A stretch of DNA of 63,995 nucleotides, counting the filler, from Stramenopiles sp. TOSAG23-2 (lineage: Eukaryota): the NCBI GenBank assembly GCA_900128395.1. It is 6 parts of 6 records of this genome, joined end to end, with 100 filler letters (N's around TTAATTAATTAA, not from the genome) between each part and the next. Parts side by side here need not be neighbours in the genome. Positions count along the whole stretch, not along the records: positions 54,813 to 63,995 come from LT650118.1; 5 more parts are not named here. One strand, written 5' to 3'. This document shows, piece after piece, positions 58,187-63,995 of the stretch; positions within the stretch are counted from its first letter, which is position 1, and each line of letters starts with the position of its first letter. A model generated the notes under the pieces. That model ran no database searches, was not told where the DNA came from, and saw nothing but the letters and a program-made list of their open reading frames with translations. The position numbers were made by a program, and so were the translations under genes.

Positions 58187-58351
58187 TTACAACGAGGCAT
58201 TTTTTCCATTTTTTTCTATTATCTTTCCAGCAGTATCATCAATGACCACATTCCAATCTATTATAGCAGAAACAAAACGATGAAATGCTAAAGTATGTGT
58301 AACCCTTCCACTTTCACCCGATGTGGCAGCTCCAATAATAAGGGATGCATA
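58187..58351 (-). pseudogene. Duplicated 3' remnant of the APH/choline-kinase-like gene
   Basis: Matches 62369-62536 with several substitutions and a 3-bp indel. Confidence 0.85.
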
Positions 58352-59292
58352 AGTTCTTCCTCAATATGATTAATAATATCATCAGCATTACCAATTAGCT
58401 CATAATCAAATTGTTTCACAGCATTTTTTATAGATACATGTTGTTTATTAATTAATATTTGTGGAATGTGACTAAAGTAATTGATGATATTTTTCATTGG
58501 GCTGACTTTTAAAGATGTACCTAATACAAGTAGTAAATCAGCTTTCTTTTGATCCAATGTTAAACTTTTTGCTATGTTGGATTGTATTTTTTCACCAAAA
58601 AATGTTATTCCAGGTTTCAAGGGATATTCACCACATTTTAAGCACATTGGCACTCCATCGTATGGATTATTTGTTTTTGTCATCGTTGAAGAAGATGATG
58701 ATGAATTATTATTATTTGCCAATATTAATTGTTCAATAAATGTTTCACGATTTTTTATTTTAAAATTACATTTTTTTGAATTTAAACATTTTGCACCAGA
58801 GGAAAAAGAACCATGGCAATATCGCAATGATTTTTGTTTTACACCCGCTTTTTCTTCAAGGCCATCGATATTTTGTGTATAACAACGCAATATTTTCTTA
58901 TTTTGATCTAATTTGGCTAGAAATTTATGTGTTTTGGATGGATTTTTATCTTCTTTCATGTCTGTATTAACTAGCATTTTATACATGATTTTATAAAATG
59001 GTTGTGGATCATATGTAAAATATTCTATATCAAAAACTTCTTGCGGATCTGATAAGTTTAGATTTAATTCTTCCACCATGGAATATATACCATTAGGTGA
59101 TCGAAAATCTGGAATTCCTACAGAAACACTAATACCTGCACCAATTAAACATACAATATTTTTCGCATTTTTTATTAATTCAATGTATTCTTTATTATTT
59201 TTTCTTCTCATTTTTGAATTATTATTATTACTATTATCACTATTATTTACATCATGATCGATTAGTCGTTTACGTTTCTTTGTATCATTCAT
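58288..59292 (-). CDS. Class I sirtuin (NAD+-dependent deacylase), copy 2, with a chimeric C-terminus
   Basis: [29 protein letters not shown], Zn ligands CLNSKKC and CLKC, KPGITFFGE, GTSLKV. The last 20 aa come from the kinase remnant read in another frame. Confidence 0.9.
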   Translation of the reverse strand: MNDTKKRKRLIDHDVNNSDNSNNNNSKMRRKNNKEYIELIKNAKNIVCLIGAGISVSVGIPDFRSPNGIYSMVEELNLNLSDPQEVFDIEYFTYDPQPFYKIMYKMLVNTDMKEDKNPSKTHKFLAKLDQNKKILRCYTQNIDGLEEKAGVKQKSLRYCHGSFSSGAKCLNSKKCNFKIKNRETFIEQLILANNNNSSSSSSTMTKTNNPYDGVPMCLKCGEYPLKPGITFFGEKIQSNIAKSLTLDQKKADLLLVLGTSLKVSPMKNIINYFSHIPQILINKQHVSIKNAVKQFDYELIGNADDIINHIEEELMHPLLLELPHRVKVEGLHIL

Positions 59293-59577
59293 CTTAAATT
59301 ATATAGTATTCTATAATATATGTTATTTTTTATTAATCAATTACTGTTATGTATATATATGCTTACTCCTTTACTTTTTACATTATTATTATTCTATAAT
59401 TTTATATTATTATAAGAAATGTGTGGTCTTATTGCTATTATTACTACAGGGAGAAGAAGAAAATAAATTAATTAATAATAATAATATAGTTATATATGTA
59501 TTCAATATGTTTCATCATTCCGAAAATATATCGCCATCATATATAATATATACAACAATGTATTCATCAGCATCATC

Positions 59578-62034
59578 ATGCATAAACGACGAGAAAAAAA
59601 ACGAAATGATCGAGATGCAAACTTAGAAACTGCATTGGAGCATTTGGATGGTATTTTCAACTCATCTGTAAAAAATATTAATTTTAAATTGCCAAGTAGT
59701 AGTAATAATAAACCAATCAAATGGGAGTCACTACCAAAAGCTTTAGATCCTATGTCGCAATTAACAAAGTTAACAAAGCAAGGTAGGGCACTACGAAAAC
59801 GACAACAATTGCAGTCATTAATGAATGCTATAAACTCTGTTCTAAAGCCTGGTGATCTTATATGCGATTATGGTAGTGGTCAAGGTCACCTTGGTTTATT
59901 AATTGCTTATCTCTATCCAACTTGTCGTATTATTATATTAGACCATAATGAAGAAAAACTAAATATGGCTACTTTGCGAATTAATGAAATTGAAGAAGAA
60001 ATTTTCAACAGATCTAATAATACTAATAACACCAATGATAAAAATGCAAAGACAACCATTAAAAGTTTTAAAGAAAGAATCGAATTATGTAATGCAATGG
60101 ATGATATTAAATATCGGCCAATTGATCTAGGCGTTGGACTTCATTGTTGTGGAAATTTCACTGATATTGCAATAAAACATTGTAAAGAAATTAAAGCAAA
60201 TTTTTGTATCTCTCCATGTTGTTATGGGCAGGTAGATTGTACTGGTGCTAATAATAATAATATAATTACAGATACAAATTCAATTTATTGGAAATCGGTC
60301 ATACGAGGTGCTGATTTTAATATTGGTGATGCAAATCTTTTTAATCCATTGGAAGATGAGAAATTTAAACAAACGAAAAAATGTATGAATTTTGTTGATA
60401 TTGTATTACGTTCACAACATCTTGTTGGTGAAAAACAATATGATTATCATATTACAGTTCAATCATTAATGCCATTATCATGCTCGCCAAAAAATAATGT
60501 TATAGTAGGAATTTTAAATTGTAAATTATACCCCGATAAATATATATTTGATGATGATAAAAAATTATCATATATGTTTCCAAATGTAAAAACATTTGAT
60601 GAAAAAAAAAATAATGTTTTAAAATCATTACTTGATAATAAATTAATCGATGATAATTTCATTAATAATCAGCAACAGAATCATAATAATAATAACAACA
60701 TGGTGTCATATCAAACACCAACACCATTATATCGATTAAGATGTCGATTTGGATTTGGAAAAAATAAAGAATCAACCACAACACCTACTGATTTAGTACA
60801 TTCGAAAGAATGTATTTGTGGATGCGCCCCATCAGGATTGCCTTTGTCTATGTTTGAAATGGCAAAATTACGCAAACAAAAAAGAGAAGAAGAACGAAAG
60901 AAGATTGCAAATTATCATAACAGACAACAAAATCAACAAATAGATTTATTACAAATGTTTACAACGGGTACTACTCGGCAAAATAATAATAATAATAAAC
61001 CAAAACCTGCGACTAAATTATCATTTTCTCATTATGTTTTTACAAAGGATGGATCTAAATATTACATAAACGACTATCCTGTAGCTGCATGTGCAATAGA
61101 TGTTTTAATGAAATTAGTTGTAAAAGAGATAGTAAATTACCCAGCTATTTATAACAATATTGAAGCGGTTAATTATTTATCTTCATTACATGGTGATATG
61201 TTAGTAACATTTATTTATAGCAAACCAATTTCATCAGAAGAATGGAAAAAAGATGCATTGTATTTTCAACGTAAATTAAGTTTAAAATTGACAAATTTTA
61301 AGAATTCAAAATTTGTAGGTTTGATTGGACGGAGTAAAGGTAAATGCATTTTACTAGAAGATAACAGGAATTATGTGAATGAACAATTACATTTAAATGA
61401 TGGAAGAATTTTACGATATAAACAATACGAAGGATCATTTTCAAATCCAAATGGCCGTGTAAATGAAAAATGCCTTGATTGGTTATGCCAACGTGTCGAT
61501 ATTATCATCAATACTAATAGTATCGATGGAAAAATCTGTTTATTGGAAATGTTTTGCGGTGGTGGCAACCATACAATTGCGTTGGCGGGAAAATTTGACA
61601 AAATTTATGCAGTAGAGTTGGATAATAATTTATGTAAAGCAGTTTTAGAAAATTGTAACCGAAATAATATTCATAATGTGAAAATTATTCAAGGTAAAAG
61701 TGAATATTTTTGGAATCATGACATGCATAATAATAATAATAATAATAATAATGAAACCAATGATATAAATTATACAAATGTAATTGATTCGATTTATTTT
61801 AATACTATATTGGTAGATCCACCTCGAAAGGGCCTGGATGGAAATACATTAAATTCATGTAAATGTTTTAATAATATTTTGTACATTTCATGTAGTGCAA
61901 CGAGTCTAGAAAGGGATTTAATCATATTAAAAGAAACCCATGAGATTGTTGGAATTGCATTTTTTGATCATTTTCATCGTACAAATCATATTGAAACTGC
62001 TGTTCATATGAGGAAAATCGAAAAATCATTTTAG
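59578..62034 (+). CDS. GSTCD-like + TrmA-type dual methyltransferase (copy 2)
   Basis: Same 818-aa ORF as 55343..57799 with 6 amino-acid differences. Confidence 0.85.
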   Translation: MHKRREKKRNDRDANLETALEHLDGIFNSSVKNINFKLPSSSNNKPIKWESLPKALDPMSQLTKLTKQGRALRKRQQLQSLMNAINSVLKPGDLICDYGSGQGHLGLLIAYLYPTCRIIILDHNEEKLNMATLRINEIEEEIFNRSNNTNNTNDKNAKTTIKSFKERIELCNAMDDIKYRPIDLGVGLHCCGNFTDIAIKHCKEIKANFCISPCCYGQVDCTGANNNNIITDTNSIYWKSVIRGADFNIGDANLFNPLEDEKFKQTKKCMNFVDIVLRSQHLVGEKQYDYHITVQSLMPLSCSPKNNVIVGILNCKLYPDKYIFDDDKKLSYMFPNVKTFDEKKNNVLKSLLDNKLIDDNFINNQQQNHNNNNNMVSYQTPTPLYRLRCRFGFGKNKESTTTPTDLVHSKECICGCAPSGLPLSMFEMAKLRKQKREEERKKIANYHNRQQNQQIDLLQMFTTGTTRQNNNNNKPKPATKLSFSHYVFTKDGSKYYINDYPVAACAIDVLMKLVVKEIVNYPAIYNNIEAVNYLSSLHGDMLVTFIYSKPISSEEWKKDALYFQRKLSLKLTNFKNSKFVGLIGRSKGKCILLEDNRNYVNEQLHLNDGRILRYKQYEGSFSNPNGRVNEKCLDWLCQRVDIIINTNSIDGKICLLEMFCGGGNHTIALAGKFDKIYAVELDNNLCKAVLENCNRNNIHNVKIIQGKSEYFWNHDMHNNNNNNNNETNDINYTNVIDSIYFNTILVDPPRKGLDGNTLNSCKCFNNILYISCSATSLERDLIILKETHEIVGIAFFDHFHRTNHIETAVHMRKIEKSF

Positions 62035-62368
62035 AGAGGTATATTAGAGAAGGTACATATAACTATGAGATTACATTTCTGCATCATATATATACATATA
62101 TACGAAGTATGCATTATATATGTTACGTATGTAAGTGTTATTTCTAGATGATCTATGATATTCAAATGTTACGACTCGTATGATACTTTTCACACATGTT
62201 CGTTTTTCAATACCGATGCTTCGTATATTTTACGCTTCGTACTCGTATGATATGTTTGAAACAACTATGTGGTTATTTACATCTAGAGATATCTTTTATT
62301 TTTTTCAAAAAATTTGTTTTACACTTCTCAGACACACTCTAACTTCTCGCGCGCACAGCCGAGACTTT

Positions 62369-63523
62369 TTACAACGAGGCATTTTTTCCATTTTTTTCTA
62401 TTATCTTCCCAGCAGTACCATCATCAATGGCCACATTCCAATCAATTATAGCAGAAACAAAACGATGAAATGCTAAAGTATGTGTAACTCTTCCACTTTC
62501 ACCCGATGTGGCAGCTCCAATAATAAGGGATGCATATATCAAAAGCACTGCTTTTTTAACATCATCCATTAACATATCATACGACATATTTACATTCTTT
62601 GCATCTGTTAAACATTTTAAATATGTATGAAAAAGTTCATTTTCATATTTTCTTCGGTCAGCAATATTTAAATCAAAACATATAAAATATACTAAATCAT
62701 AAACACCACGACCACGTGCAATAAATTGCCAATCAAAAACAACAATATCTTTCCCATTTTTATTAAACATCATATTACCAACACGATAATCTCCATGAAT
62801 TACAGTTCGTGGTTCCTCACTTAAATCTTTTGTATACTGTACATAAATATTTCCAATATTTTCTGATATGTCATGTATACCTTTTGATTCATATTTATCG
62901 AAAACTGATTTATATGATTTTTTTACATGTTTCCAATACGATTGCAAATTCATTGCAATATTTGGTGCAAATTCTAAATGCACGGGCATTAATGGTAAAA
63001 AATCTGCAAACTGCTTTTGTAAAGAATAGCATGTATTATGGAATTTACCAATTGTTTCTACACATACTTTTGCTTGTTTAAAAGTAGCACCAGGAGATGA
63101 ATCTATCATTTCCAAAGATATACTACTATCTAATAAATTTTCCAATATCAATGCAAAATTATTTGTTTTCTCATCATGCATAGCTAAATAACATTTTGGT
63201 ATAGTTATCATATTTGGATTAGATGGATGAATTAAATCATAAAATTTAACTTCTCGTTCATACCAACGCTGAAATGCCGCTACATTCAGTGCACTTGCAT
63301 TGCCAAAATTAGGACGCTTTACAAAGAGAGAGATTTCTTTTATATTATCCTCATCCTCATCAATATATTTATCTTTCATTTCAATTAGATAACCAAAAGT
63401 TTCACTATTTAAACCACCATTTATCACTTTTTTTGCAATAATCTTTTTAATATTTTTTTTAATACTCCAGTATCTACTATTTTGCGAACATGGTAAAGAT
63501 TTTAACCATTGTAAATCATCCAT
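62369..63523 (-). CDS. APH/choline-kinase-like (EcKinase/CHK-like) phosphotransferase
   Basis: LFVK, YEREVKFY, LILENL, Brenner motif HGDYRVGNMMF, VVFDWQ, DLVYF. Confidence 0.85.
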   Translation of the reverse strand: MDDLQWLKSLPCSQNSRYWSIKKNIKKIIAKKVINGGLNSETFGYLIEMKDKYIDEDEDNIKEISLFVKRPNFGNASALNVAAFQRWYEREVKFYDLIHPSNPNMITIPKCYLAMHDEKTNNFALILENLLDSSISLEMIDSSPGATFKQAKVCVETIGKFHNTCYSLQKQFADFLPLMPVHLEFAPNIAMNLQSYWKHVKKSYKSVFDKYESKGIHDISENIGNIYVQYTKDLSEEPRTVIHGDYRVGNMMFNKNGKDIVVFDWQFIARGRGVYDLVYFICFDLNIADRRKYENELFHTYLKCLTDAKNVNMSYDMLMDDVKKAVLLIYASLIIGAATSGESGRVTHTLAFHRFVSAIIDWNVAIDDGTAGKIIEKNGKNASL

Positions 63524-63995
63524 AATATCTTTCCTTTCTCGTTTTATTATTATTTTGCTTTGTATCTGTTTTGTGCTTTTATCATTTTATTCATTCAATT
63601 ATTCTGTATAGATATAGTCTATAGATTTAATTTTGTTTTTATATATAGGATAGGACAAAGAAAAAAGATAATAATAATAATAGAATGGAAGAAATATAAG
63701 AGGTGATGTGTGTGTGTTGTTTGTTTGTATTATACTTGGTAGTACCTGGTAGGGGTAATAAACAATAGTCATTCATAATTCTTAAAGAGAACATATTTAT
63801 AGCTAAATAAGACTATAATAATACATGTTATACATCTAATATTGACCCCCTACTAGCACCCTACGTCAAAATTCGCGAAGAAAAATAATACATATAATTG
63901 GGATGGATAACTTTATTATTAATAATAATAATAAATATCTTTTTTATACATCCATAAGTTAATATCCAAAAAAAAAAGTATAAATGTATAAATTA

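Larger units (their letters stand above)
54813..62536. repeat. Direct tandem duplication, unit about 4.2 kb (copy 1 <=54813..58351; copy 2 58352..62536)
   Basis: Sirtuin and methyltransferase starts are both offset by exactly 4235 nt; junction at 58351/58352. Confidence 0.93.

Noticed and set aside
195-63081. Many short Leu/Ile/Val-rich or Ser/Phe-rich ORFs in the track
   Set aside because: Antisense or off-frame shadows of (AAT)n tracts and coiled-coil genes.
1-63995. Apparent clustering across the window (two GT47 genes, two 2OG dioxygenases, several mitochondrial genes)
   Set aside because: They lie on different, arbitrarily joined contigs, so no synteny can be inferred.

Overview
AT-rich, intron-poor eukaryotic (protist-like; a stramenopile affinity is an inference) genomic DNA, rich in poly-Asn/Gln tracts. 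The window is not one locus. It holds six contigs of about 10.8-10.9 kb, ordered by decreasing length and joined by artificial 100-nt linkers (44 N + TTAATTAATTAA + 44 N), so adjacency across linkers means nothing. Recognisable genes include Cbp3/UQCC1, two GT47 glycosyltransferases, BRF1, DDI1, a PhyH dioxygenase, a U-box/ankyrin ligase, a Canopy-like protein, an aralar-type carrier, a class I sirtuin, a TrmA fusion and an APH/choline-kinase-like protein. The best candidate for an undescribed system is an NLR-like protein built from a CHAT caspase-like protease, a Schlafen-type SF1 helicase and LRRs. Two of its LRR units are DNA-identical except at the exposed 'x' codons, and a 14-bp duplication frameshifts the array. 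Also notable: a ~1634-aa SDR-SDR-desaturase-sulfotransferase-Cys-rich fusion; TauD-mTERF, cNMP-aralar, GT47-GT49 and GSTCD-TrmA fusions; a ~4.2-kb tandem duplication that makes a chimeric sirtuin; and a 47-bp repeat at two contig ends. All domain calls are by-eye motif recognition, not database searches.
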